The position numbers and the translations under genes were made by a program. The notes under the pieces were generated by a model that saw nothing but the letters and a program-made list of their open reading frames with translations, searched no databases and was not told the origin of the DNA. Of a stretch of DNA of 64,000 nt, positions 1-8,384 are shown one piece after another. How positions within the stretch are numbered: position 1 is the stretch's first letter; every line of letters starts with the position of its first letter. Origin of the DNA: an uncultured Acidobacteriota bacterium (GTDB lineage: Bacteria; Acidobacteriota; Vicinamibacteria; Fen-336); NCBI GenBank assembly GCA_963720545.1, contig OY970399.1:2208001-2272000 (forward strand), read 5' to 3'.

Positions 1-73
1 CGAGCACGCTCAGGGTCAGGAGCAGCAGGCGCTCGGCATCTCCAAGCGCGGCTTCGGCTTCGGGTCTCACCAT
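1..73 (-). CDS. 5' end of a gene running off the window (MVRPEAEAALGDAERLLLLTLSVL...), product unknown
   Basis: ATG at 73-71 on the minus strand with AAAGGA upstream; open to the window edge; divergent from the 259 operon. Confidence 0.5.
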   Translation of the reverse strand, partial: MVRPEAEAALGDAERLLLLTLSVL

Positions 74-203
74 CGTCTTTTCCTTTCGAACGACAGGCGA
101 TGGGAGAGCGTTGCGGAGGACAGTATTGCGCCTGCGGGCGACACCGCGGGTCCGCGTCGCCCGCCTCGCATTAGTAAAACAGCGTCTTTCGTGGCAAGGC
201 CGC

Positions 204-219
204 TGGCATCGCACTTGCT
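204..219 (+). promoter_or_regulatory. sigma54 (RpoN) -24/-12 promoter of the TPR-lipoprotein-Omp85 operon
   Basis: TGGCATCGCACTTGCT matches TGGCACG-N4-TTGCW with exact GG-N10-GC spacing, about 40 nt upstream of ATG 259; weak IHF-like AAACAGCGTCTTT at 177-189. Confidence 0.7.
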
Positions 220-258
220 TTCCCAAAGCGCAGGTTTAATATCGAAAGTCCTCGCAAA

Positions 259-618
259 ATGAGAGCAATGGGCCTTGGTTTCGTCGCGCTGTCCGCCCTT
301 GCATGGCCGCTCTCCGCCGCCGCGCACTCGAACAACAGCAAGGCAGAAGTCCAGTTCGGCATGGAAGCCGCGCGCCGCGGCCTCTGGGAAGAGGCACGTT
401 TCCGCTTCGCCAAGGCGGTCGACGCCGAGCCCGACAACGCCTCGGCCCTCAACAATCTCGCGATTGCGCTCGAGCAGCAGGGCGATTTCGCCCAGGCCCG
501 CGAGGCCTACGAGAAGGCGCTCAAGCTGAACCCCGGCAACGCCTACATCCAACAGAATTTTGATCTCTTCAAGGAAGCGGATGAGAAGAGAAACCGCAAG
601 GCCAAGAAAAAGCCGTAG
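259..618 (+). CDS. exported tetratricopeptide-repeat protein
   Basis: Signal peptide (..WPLSAAA); TPR pattern ALNNLAIALEQQGDFAQAREAYEKALKLNP. Confidence 0.85.
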   Translation: MRAMGLGFVALSALAWPLSAAAHSNNSKAEVQFGMEAARRGLWEEARFRFAKAVDAEPDNASALNNLAIALEQQGDFAQAREAYEKALKLNPGNAYIQQNFDLFKEADEKRNRKAKKKP

Positions 619-1354
619 CGCCGTCCTCGTGTTCCTCGCCGCGGCAGCCATCGGCGGCTGCTCGTCGTTCGTCGAGGTCCCGATCGAGACTCCGCTGCAG
701 AGCAAGCTCGACGTCGGCACCTTCCGCCGCGTGCTGATCGCCGGCTTCGTCACTTCGCCGGGCGAGTCCGAGATCGAGCTCAGTTCCGAGACCGCGCGCC
801 TGCTGCAGAACCAGCTGCGCTCGAGCTCGCGCCTGCAGGTGCTCGAACCCGACCGCCCGCCGCTCGCCGACGCGCTCGACAAGGTGGCGCAGAAGATCGG
901 CGAAGGCGGCAAGTACACGAAGCAGCAGCGCGAGCAGTACCAGCTCGAGGCCGACAAGATCCTGCTCGATCCCGAATACTGGCGGAAGCTCGGCGAGGAA
1001 TACCAGAACCCGCTGATCGTCACCGGCAAGCTCGGCTTCGAGAGCCAGAACCGCTCCGGCTTCGCGACCGACGAGCAGGTGTACCGCGGCGCCGACGGCC
1101 GCCAGCGCCGGGTGCGCGGCAACCGCTACCTCGAGCGCAAGGGCTTCGTCCTCAACGCCGACTTCGTGTTCGTCGACGGCCGCACCGGCGCCACCTTGCA
1201 CAAGGAGAAGTTCTCCGAAGAAGTGCTCTACGGTGAAGACCAGAAGACCTCGGCGCTCAGCTCCTACTTCGAGCTGATGGACCGCGTCTTGCCGAACTTC
1301 CTCGGCGTCATCGCCCCGCAGAAGATCCGGGGGACGCGCGTCCTCCTTCGCTAA
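581..1354 (+). CDS. putative lipoprotein, function unknown
   Basis: ATG 581 with AAGGAAG RBS; basic N-terminus, hydrophobic stretch and lipobox-like IGGC; typical codon usage; overlaps the upstream gene. Confidence 0.8.
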   Translation: MRRETARPRKSRSAVLVFLAAAAIGGCSSFVEVPIETPLQSKLDVGTFRRVLIAGFVTSPGESEIELSSETARLLQNQLRSSSRLQVLEPDRPPLADALDKVAQKIGEGGKYTKQQREQYQLEADKILLDPEYWRKLGEEYQNPLIVTGKLGFESQNRSGFATDEQVYRGADGRQRRVRGNRYLERKGFVLNADFVFVDGRTGATLHKEKFSEEVLYGEDQKTSALSSYFELMDRVLPNFLGVIAPQKIRGTRVLLR

Positions 1355-1376
1355 GCCCCTCCCACACGGAATCCTG

Positions 1377-4340
1377 GTGCCTCGCATGAGACCGACCCGC
1401 CTCTTCCTGGGACTTGCAGCCGCTCTGGCGCTGCTGGCGCCGGCACCCCGGGCTGCCGCCCAGTTCGTGCCGTACTTCGGCAAGAACAACGTCAAGTACG
1501 ACGACTTCAAGTGGCAGATCTACAAGAGCCCGCACTTCGAGATCTATTACTACCCGGAGTTCGAGCAGCACCTCGGTCGGCTCGCTTCCTACGCGGAGAG
1601 CGCCTATCAGCAGGTGTCGTCCGACCTGAAGCACGAGATCCCGTTCCCGATCCCGCTCATCCTCTACAAGACGCACACCGAGTACGAGCAGACCAACCTG
1701 GCGCCGCCCGAATACACCGAGGGCTCGGGCGCCCTCACCGAAGGCATCCGCAACCGCATGCTGGTGCCGATCGACGAGCCGCCCGACCGCCTGCAGCGCC
1801 TGATCGTGCACGAGCTGACCCACGTCTTCGAGAACGACCTCATCCCGCAGGGCATCACCCGGCGCGCGACGCCGCTGTGGGTTGCGGAGGGCCTCTCCTC
1901 TTACGAAGAAGGCGTGTGGGCGCCGCTCGACATCATGGAAATTCGCGATGCGGCCATCACCGACCGCATCCCGAAGATGTCGCGCACCGATTCGGCGCCG
2001 CTCTCGGGCCGCTTCATCGCCTACAACCTCGGCCACGCGGTGTTCGAGTTCATCGAGGCGCGCTTCGGCAAGGAGGGCATCCGCCAGTTCCTGTACACGC
2101 TGCGCAAGGGCATCATCGGCGGCAGCACCGACGACATCTACATGCAGGCGTTCCGCCTCAAGCCCGAGGACTTCGACGACCAGTTCGAGAAGTGGATCAA
2201 GGAGCGCTTCAAGCCCTATCGCGACAAGCAGCGGCCCTCCGACTGGGGCCGCGACCTCTCGCCCGACTCCGAACGCTCGCGCTACACGCAGGTGTTCGCG
2301 TTCAGCCCCAGCCCGTCCGGCGAGATGGCCGCGGCGCTCACCGCCAACCGCTCGGACGGCGAGGCCGACCTCGTGCTCCTGTCCACCAAGGAGCGCTCGT
2401 TCGTGCGCAACATGACGAAGGGCTACACCAACCGCTACGAAGGCATCTCGATCAACGACCAGTTCGTCGCCGGCCGCTCCATCGGCTTCGACCCGAAGGG
2501 CGACGCGGTCGCGTTCTTCGCGCGCGCCGGCAAGCACCGCAGCCTCTACCTGGTCTCGGTGCTCGACAGTAGCGTGGTGAAGTCGGTGAGCGTGCCGCTC
2601 GACCAGGCGACGGCGCCGAGCATCCTGCCGGACGGCAAGCGCGTGGTGTTCTCGGCTCTCAAGGATGGCATCTCGGACATCTACATCCTCGACACCGACA
2701 CCGGCCAGTTCCAGAACCTCACCGAGGACGCCTACGCCGACTCGAACCCGCAGGTCTCGAAAGATGGCGAGTACGTCACCTACCAGCGGCGCGTCAGCGG
2801 CAACGAGAAGGTCTACGTGTTCGCGCTCAAGGATCGCGCGCGCAAGATCCAGCTGACCTTCGGCCCGTTCGACGACGTCACCCCCACCTTCTCGACCGAC
2901 GGCAGCAAGGTCTATTACGTCTCGAACGAGGAGAACGAGGTCTACAACCTGCGCTCGCTCGACATGAAGACGGGCGCCATCCGCCAGTACACGGACGCCC
3001 TCGGCGGCGTGCTGTCGCCGGCGGTGCTCTCCTCGAAGGGCGCCGACCGCGTCGCCTTCATCAGCTACTTCAAGGGCGACTACCTGCTGCAGACGCTCGA
3101 GACGCAGGAGCCGCTGAAGGAAGTGGAGCAGGACGTGCGCGCCGGCGCCGAAGCCGACCTCGTCGACTTCCAGCCGGACGTCGTCCACCAGGTGGTGGCG
3201 GAGAACAAGCGCAAGAAGAAGGTGTTCGAGAAGCTCTACCTCGAGGGCCGCCCGCCGATCGAACTGCAGGTGACCTCGGGCGGCGATTTCTTCGGCGGCA
3301 GCCAGCTGGCGCTCTCGGACGTGCTCGGCGACAAGAACTTCATCTTCACCGCCTACTCGATCCGCGACCTGCGCTCCTACAGCGCCACCTACTTCAACCT
3401 CGCGAAGCGCTTCCAGTACGGCCTCAACGTCTTCGACAACACCCAGTTCTACTTCCCGACGCTCTACATCACCGACCCGCGCGACTTCCTGTCGCGCGAC
3501 AGCGCCTACGCCACCTCGCGGCTCACCGGCGCCTACGCGATCGGCCAGTATCCCCTCGACCGCTACCGCCGCCTCGAGTTCCAGGCCGGCCTGCTGCGCC
3601 AGCGCCAGCGCATCGAAGACCCCGAGCTCGAGCAGCAGCTGCGCGAGGAGGCGGCGGCCCTGGGCCAGCAGTTCTTCCTCTTCAGCGGCACCATCGCGCC
3701 ACTGCGCGTCGCGCTCGTCCAGGAGACGACACGCTTCCACCAGTTCGGCCCGCTGAGCGGCAGCACCTTCTCGCTCGGCTTCGAGTACGCGCCGGGGTTC
3801 GGGTCCTTGCTCTCGCGGCAGACCGCCGACGTCGACATGCGCAAGTACTTCCGCATCGGCAGCACCACCACCGTGTTCGCCACGCGCCTGCGCGGCTTCA
3901 AGTCGTGGGGCGACACGCCGCAGTTCTTCTACTTCGGCGGCAACATGGAGCTGCGCGGCTACGACTACTACACGCTCTCCGGCAACAAAGGCTTCTTCGC
4001 CAACACCGAGCTGCGCTTCCCGATCATCGACGTCGCGGCGACGCCGATCGGCCTCATCGGCCCGGTGCGCGGCGTCTTCTACTTCGGCATCGGCGGCGCC
4101 CAGTACAACGGCCAGGACTACCAGTTCTCGACCAGCGAACCGGGCGTCTCGTTCGTGCGCGACCCGGTGTTCGGCGACCAGGTGGACGGCTTCCGCCTGG
4201 TCAACGGCCGCGCCTCGTACGGCGCCGGCCTGCAGTTCTTCTTCCTCGGCTATCCGCTGCACTTCGACTGGTCGAAACTGACCGACCTGAAGGTTTCCTC
4301 CAAGTCCCGCTTCGACTTCTGGGTCGGCTTCGATTTTTAG
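1377..4340 (+). CDS. Omp85/BamA-superfamily outer membrane protein with N-terminal zinc metallopeptidase-like domain and PD40/TolB-like beta-propeller
   Basis: Signal peptide; HELTH (HEXXH) plus WVAEG; PD40-like repeats (NPQVSKDG, TPTFSTDGSKVYY); LRGY loop-6 motif; C-terminal beta-signal FWVGFDF. Confidence 0.85.
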   Translation: MPRMRPTRLFLGLAAALALLAPAPRAAAQFVPYFGKNNVKYDDFKWQIYKSPHFEIYYYPEFEQHLGRLASYAESAYQQVSSDLKHEIPFPIPLILYKTHTEYEQTNLAPPEYTEGSGALTEGIRNRMLVPIDEPPDRLQRLIVHELTHVFENDLIPQGITRRATPLWVAEGLSSYEEGVWAPLDIMEIRDAAITDRIPKMSRTDSAPLSGRFIAYNLGHAVFEFIEARFGKEGIRQFLYTLRKGIIGGSTDDIYMQAFRLKPEDFDDQFEKWIKERFKPYRDKQRPSDWGRDLSPDSERSRYTQVFAFSPSPSGEMAAALTANRSDGEADLVLLSTKERSFVRNMTKGYTNRYEGISINDQFVAGRSIGFDPKGDAVAFFARAGKHRSLYLVSVLDSSVVKSVSVPLDQATAPSILPDGKRVVFSALKDGISDIYILDTDTGQFQNLTEDAYADSNPQVSKDGEYVTYQRRVSGNEKVYVFALKDRARKIQLTFGPFDDVTPTFSTDGSKVYYVSNEENEVYNLRSLDMKTGAIRQYTDALGGVLSPAVLSSKGADRVAFISYFKGDYLLQTLETQEPLKEVEQDVRAGAEADLVDFQPDVVHQVVAENKRKKKVFEKLYLEGRPPIELQVTSGGDFFGGSQLALSDVLGDKNFIFTAYSIRDLRSYSATYFNLAKRFQYGLNVFDNTQFYFPTLYITDPRDFLSRDSAYATSRLTGAYAIGQYPLDRYRRLEFQAGLLRQRQRIEDPELEQQLREEAAALGQQFFLFSGTIAPLRVALVQETTRFHQFGPLSGSTFSLGFEYAPGFGSLLSRQTADVDMRKYFRIGSTTTVFATRLRGFKSWGDTPQFFYFGGNMELRGYDYYTLSGNKGFFANTELRFPIIDVAATPIGLIGPVRGVFYFGIGGAQYNGQDYQFSTSEPGVSFVRDPVFGDQVDGFRLVNGRASYGAGLQFFFLGYPLHFDWSKLTDLKVSSKSRFDFWVGFDF

Positions 4341-4358
4341 GGGAAATTTCGCTACAAT
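4329..4358 (+). promoter_or_regulatory. putative sigma70 promoter of the rplU operon
   Basis: TTCGAT-18 nt-TACAAT upstream of rplU. Confidence 0.45.
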
Positions 4359-4399
4359 CGGGGTTTTGGCGGCGGGCCTAAGTGCCAGGAGAGACGAGC

Positions 4400-4711
4400 G
4401 TGTACGCGATCATCGAGACCGGCGGCAAGCAGTACCGGGTGTCCGAAGGCGACACCATCACCGTCGAGCGCCTGACGAGCGAAGTCGGGGCGCAGGTCAC
4501 CCTTTCCGAGGTGCTCTTCGTCGGCGGCAGCGAGACCCCGCAGGTCGGCAGCCCCCTGCTCAAGGGCGCGAGCGTCACCGGAACGGTCCTCGCGCATGAC
4601 CGCTCCGCCAAGGTGCGCGTGGTCAAGCTCAAGAAGCGCAAGCACTACCGCCGAACCAAGGGCCACCGCCAGTCGTTCACGCGCCTGCGCATCGACGGCA
4701 TCAGCGCCTAA
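4400..4711 (+). CDS. rplU: 50S ribosomal protein L21
   Basis: GTG start, YAIIETGGKQYRV...KGHRQ motifs; AGGAG RBS. Confidence 0.97.
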   Translation: MYAIIETGGKQYRVSEGDTITVERLTSEVGAQVTLSEVLFVGGSETPQVGSPLLKGASVTGTVLAHDRSAKVRVVKLKKRKHYRRTKGHRQSFTRLRIDGISA

Positions 4712-4751
4712 CTGGCTGCAATTTCAACGAATTAACGGAGTCTAGTCAGCG

Positions 4752-5009
4752 ATGGCGCACAAAAAGGGCCAGGGGTCGAGCCGCAACGGACGGGACAGCA
4801 ATTCCCAGCGCCTCGGCGTGAAGCGTTTCGGCGGCGAGAAGGTGCGTTCGGGCACCATCATCGTGCGCCAGCACGGCACGCGCTGGAAGCCGGGCAAGAA
4901 CGTCAACCTCGCCAAGGACCACACCCTGTTTGCCGTCGCCGACGGCCACGTGCGCTTCGAGGATCACGGCGGCCGCGGCCGTTTCGTGAGCGTCGTCCCG
5001 GCCGAGTAG
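4752..5009 (+). CDS. rpmA: 50S ribosomal protein L27
   Basis: [24 protein letters not shown]. Confidence 0.98.
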   Translation: MAHKKGQGSSRNGRDSNSQRLGVKRFGGEKVRSGTIIVRQHGTRWKPGKNVNLAKDHTLFAVADGHVRFEDHGGRGRFVSVVPAE

Positions 5010-5069
5010 GCGCCCGCGACGACCCGGCCGCCCGGCGCACGCTTCGCACCCAGCACCCCCCTCCCGTAG

Positions 5070-6101
5070 ATGTTCGTCGACCAGGTCAAGATTTTCGTCA
5101 AGGCCGGTGATGGCGGCCGGGGGTGCGTCAGCTTCCGCCGCGAACCCTACGTGCCGATGGGCGGGCCGAACGGCGGCAACGGCGGCGACGGCGGCGACAT
5201 CGTGCTGGTGGCGGTCGCCCACCAGAACACGCTGCTGCCGCTGCGCTATCACCGCGAATACCGCGCCGATCGCGGCAGCCACGGCGGCTCCAGCAACATG
5301 ACCGGAGCCTCGGCGGCGCACACCGAGATCGCGGTGCCGCCGGGCACTCTCGCAACCGATGCCGTGAACGAGGAATTCCTGGGCGAGGTCCTGCGCGAAG
5401 GCGACCGGCTGTTGCTCGCGCGCGGCGGGCGCGGCGGGCGCGGCAACGCGGCATTCCTGTCGAACCGCAACCGCGCGCCGCGCGAAGCCGATCCGGGCGC
5501 GCCGGGTGAGGAGCGCTGGGTGCGCCTCGACCTCAAGCTGCTCGCGGACGTCGGCCTCCTCGGCCTGCCCAACGCCGGCAAGTCGACGCTCCTGTCGCGG
5601 CTGTCGGCGGCGCGCCCGAAGATCGCCGACTACCCGTTCACGACACTCACGCCGGTGCTGGGGGTGGTGGCCGAAGGCGGCCGCGACTTCGTGATCGCCG
5701 ACATCCCCGGCATCATCGAAGGCGCACACGAGGGCGCCGGCCTCGGGCTCCAGTTCCTGCGCCACGTCGAGCGCACCTCGGTGCTGCTGCACGTCGTCGA
5801 CGCCTCGGGAACCAGCGGCCGCGATCCGGTTGAAGACCTCGAGACGGTGCGCCGCGAACTCGAGTCGTGGAGCCCCGACCTCGCGCAGCGGCCGCAGCTG
5901 GTGGCGGCCTCGAAACGCGACGCGGTCGACGCCGACGACGATCCGCTGCCGCGGCTCGAGGCAGCGGCGCGCACGCTTGGCCTCACGGTGCTGCCGATCT
6001 CGGCGGTGAGCGGCGCCGGCCTCCCCGAACTGCGGCGCGCACTGCTGCTGCAGGTCGAGCGCCGCCAGCGCGCCGACGCGGCCGCGGCGGGGAAGGCATG
6101 A
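5070..6101 (+). CDS. obgE: GTPase ObgE/CgtA
   Basis: MFVDQVKIFVKAGDGG, glycine-rich Obg fold, GLPNAGKST, YPFTT, DIPG. Confidence 0.97.
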   Translation: MFVDQVKIFVKAGDGGRGCVSFRREPYVPMGGPNGGNGGDGGDIVLVAVAHQNTLLPLRYHREYRADRGSHGGSSNMTGASAAHTEIAVPPGTLATDAVNEEFLGEVLREGDRLLLARGGRGGRGNAAFLSNRNRAPREADPGAPGEERWVRLDLKLLADVGLLGLPNAGKSTLLSRLSAARPKIADYPFTTLTPVLGVVAEGGRDFVIADIPGIIEGAHEGAGLGLQFLRHVERTSVLLHVVDASGTSGRDPVEDLETVRRELESWSPDLAQRPQLVAASKRDAVDADDDPLPRLEAAARTLGLTVLPISAVSGAGLPELRRALLLQVERRQRADAAAAGKA

Positions 6102-6668
6102 GGCTCGGGGTGTTCGGCGGCGCGTTCGATCCCATCCATTTCGGCCACCTGCGGGCGGCCGCGAACGCTGCGTTCGACCTGCACCTCGACCGCGTGCTGC
6201 TGATGCCGACGGGCGCCGCACCGCACCGGCCGCAGTCGGCGGTGAGCGGCGCCGAGCGCTTCGCCATGACTTGCCTCGCGGCCGCGGGCGACGAGCGGCT
6301 CGCCGCCTGCGACGACGAGGTCCGCAGGGAAGGGCCGAGCTACACCGTCGACACGCTCGCGGACGCTGCACGAACGTTACCCGGGCGCCTCGCTGCACCT
6401 CATCCTCGGCAGCGACGCGGCCGCCGGCTTCGCCTCGTGGCGCGAGCCGCAGCGCATCCTGTCCTTGTGCCGGGTCGCTGTCGTCTCGCGGCCGGGGGCG
6501 CCCAGCGCCACCACCGACGTCGGCTTCGAGCACGACACCGTCTCCGGTACGACACTTGCCATCTCCGCGACCGTGCTGCGCGGGCTGGCCCGCGAGGGCC
6601 GCAGCCTGCGCTACCTGGTGCCGGATGCCGTCGCCCAATACATCGATCGAAAGAGGCTCTACCGATGA
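6098..6668 (+). pseudogene. nadD: nicotinate-nucleotide adenylyltransferase, interrupted by a +1 frameshift near 6362 (true lesion or sequencing error)
   Basis: N-half GVFGGAFDPIHFGH...SYTVDTL in one frame; C-half LHLILGSD...W...ISAT...LVPDAVAQYI in the next frame; canonical obgE-nadD-rsfS position. Confidence 0.85.
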
Positions 6669-7009
6669 CGCTTCCCGAAGAGGTTCGCGTCGCCGCCGCC
6701 GCGGCGGCGGACAAGCTCGCCGAAAGCCTGGTGGTCCTCGACCTGCGCGAGGTGGACGCCTTCACCGACTTCTTCCTGGTCGTTTCGGGCGGCAACCAAA
6801 AGCAGCTGGTGGCGATCGCCGACAGCATCGAGGACTCGTTGCGGCGCATCGGCATGAAGCCGAAGCACGTCGAGGGCTATCCGCGCCACGAATGGATCCT
6901 GATGGACTACGGCGGCCTGGTGGTGCACATCTTCACGACCAGGAGTCGCATGTTCTACGACCTCGAGCGGCTCTGGGGCGGAGCCAAGCGCATCGAGATC
7001 CCCGCCTGA
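6665..7009 (+). CDS. rsfS: ribosome silencing factor
   Basis: DKLAE..VLDL..FTDFF..WILMDYG..VHIF..R.FYDLERLW. Confidence 0.95.
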   Translation: MTLPEEVRVAAAAAADKLAESLVVLDLREVDAFTDFFLVVSGGNQKQLVAIADSIEDSLRRIGMKPKHVEGYPRHEWILMDYGGLVVHIFTTRSRMFYDLERLWGGAKRIEIPA

Positions 7010-7956
7010 TGGGTGCCGACGACTTCGCGGCGCACGTCGTTGCCCGCTCGGCGGTGATGCGCGAGCTGGTCGAGGTGGCGGAACGCCTGGCCGCGGCGCG
7101 CGGCGCCGTGCTGCTGGAGGGCGAGAGCGGCACCGGCAAGGATCTGCTCGCCCACCTCATCCATGCGGCCAGCCCGCGCCGCGACGCGGCGCTCATCAAG
7201 ATCCACTGCCCCTCGATCCCGACCGACCTGGTCGAGTCGGAGCTGTTCGGCCACGAGAAGGGTGCGTTCACCGACGCGCGCGCGGCGAAGACGGGCAAGA
7301 TCGAGCTGGCGTCGGGCGGCTCCCTCTATCTCGACCAGATCCAGGACCTCGAGCCCGCGCACCAGGCGAAGCTCCTGCGCGTCGTCGAAGAGCAGACCTT
7401 CGAGCGGCTCGGCGGCAACCAGACGGTGAAGGTGGACGTGCGCATCATCTCGGCGTCGAACGTCGACCTGCGCGAGGCGGTGCGCACCGGCACCTTCCGC
7501 GAGGACCTCTACCACCGCCTCAGCGTCCTGCCGCTGACGCTGCCGCCGCTGCGCAACCGCCGCGAGGACATCGAGCCGCTGGTGGCGCTCTTCCTGCAGC
7601 GCCAGCGCGAACGCGGCCTGACCGCGGCGCAGGGCTTCGAGCCGGAGGCGCTCGATGCGATGCGCGGCTACCAGTGGCCCGGCAACGTGCGCGAGCTGCG
7701 CTCCGCCGTGGAGCGCGCCTGCATCGTCTCGACGGCGGAAACGATTCCGCTGCGGGCGCTGCCGGGACAGATCCTCGAGCAGCCGGCGACCTTGTGGGCG
7801 GGACGCGAACGCCGGCCGTCGCTGCGGGCGGTGGAGGAGGCCTACATCCGCTTCGTGCTCGAAGGCGTCGAGGGCAACCAGACGCGGGCCGCCGCGGTCC
7901 TCGGCATCAGCCGCAAGTCGCTGTGGGAGAAGCGGCGGCGCTATGGCATCGCGTGA
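7009..7956 (+). CDS. sigma54-interacting AAA+ enhancer-binding protein without N-terminal sensor domain, Fis-type HTH
   Basis: GESGTGKD, ESELFGHEKGAFTDA, FREDLYHRL, WPGNVREL, NQTRAAAVLGISRKSLW; start overlaps rsfS stop (TGATG). Confidence 0.9.
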   Translation: MGADDFAAHVVARSAVMRELVEVAERLAAARGAVLLEGESGTGKDLLAHLIHAASPRRDAALIKIHCPSIPTDLVESELFGHEKGAFTDARAAKTGKIELASGGSLYLDQIQDLEPAHQAKLLRVVEEQTFERLGGNQTVKVDVRIISASNVDLREAVRTGTFREDLYHRLSVLPLTLPPLRNRREDIEPLVALFLQRQRERGLTAAQGFEPEALDAMRGYQWPGNVRELRSAVERACIVSTAETIPLRALPGQILEQPATLWAGRERRPSLRAVEEAYIRFVLEGVEGNQTRAAAVLGISRKSLWEKRRRYGIA

Positions 7957-8025
7957 CAGGAAACGAAAACCATCACAAAATGGAGTGTTGGGCGCGCCAG
8001 GGACCTTTGGGAGCTTGATTCGACG

Positions 8026-8379
8026 ATGGACCAGAAGAAAGTGAAGCACTTCCGCGAGAAGCTGAGCCAGAAGAAGCAGGAGATCATCGAGGCCTACCAG
8101 AAGAACAAGGCCTACGGAAAAGAAGCCGACGAGGAAGGTGCCCAGGACATCGCCGACAAGGCCTCGAACGCGTCCACCAAGGAATTCCTGTTCAGCCTCT
8201 CCAATTCCGAACGCAGCCTGCTGAAGCTCGTGGACGAGGCGCTCATCCGCCTCGACGGCGACCGCTACGGCGTCTGCGCCGTGTGCGAAGACGAAGTCGA
8301 GAAAAAGCGCCTCGAAGCGGTGCCGTGGGCCAAACACTGCATCTCCTGCCAGGAGAAGCAGGAGCAGGGCCTGCTCTAG
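8026..8379 (+). CDS. dksA: DksA/TraR family C4 zinc-finger protein
   Basis: DIADKA (DxxDxA) coiled-coil tip; YGVCAVC...RLEAVPWAKHCISC. Confidence 0.9.
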   Translation: MDQKKVKHFREKLSQKKQEIIEAYQKNKAYGKEADEEGAQDIADKASNASTKEFLFSLSNSERSLLKLVDEALIRLDGDRYGVCAVCEDEVEKKRLEAVPWAKHCISCQEKQEQGLL

Positions 8380-8384
8380 GCGCG

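Noticed and set aside
1308..4262. Very long antisense or alternate-frame ORFs (e.g. 1308-4262, 14459-17131, 20152-22761, 22800-25667, 49586-52873, 59939-62410)
   Set aside because: Shadows of real high-GC3 genes; stop codons are rare in these frames and the translations carry no motifs.
6000..6254. 19-bp direct repeat TCGGCGGTGAGCGGCGCCG at 6000-6018 and 6236-6254
   Set aside because: Both copies encode SAVSGA within intact coding context; no mobile element between them; likely coincidence.
5867..7956. ORF-track fusions 5867-7009 and 6271-7956
   Set aside because: Products of the nadD frameshift and upstream open frames; the real starts are 6098, 6665 and 7009.
7957..8025. Possible ECF- or sigma54-type promoter before dksA
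   Set aside because: Only partial matches (GAAAAC-N16-GTTG, GGGACCTTT) and no correct -24/-12 spacing; not supportable.
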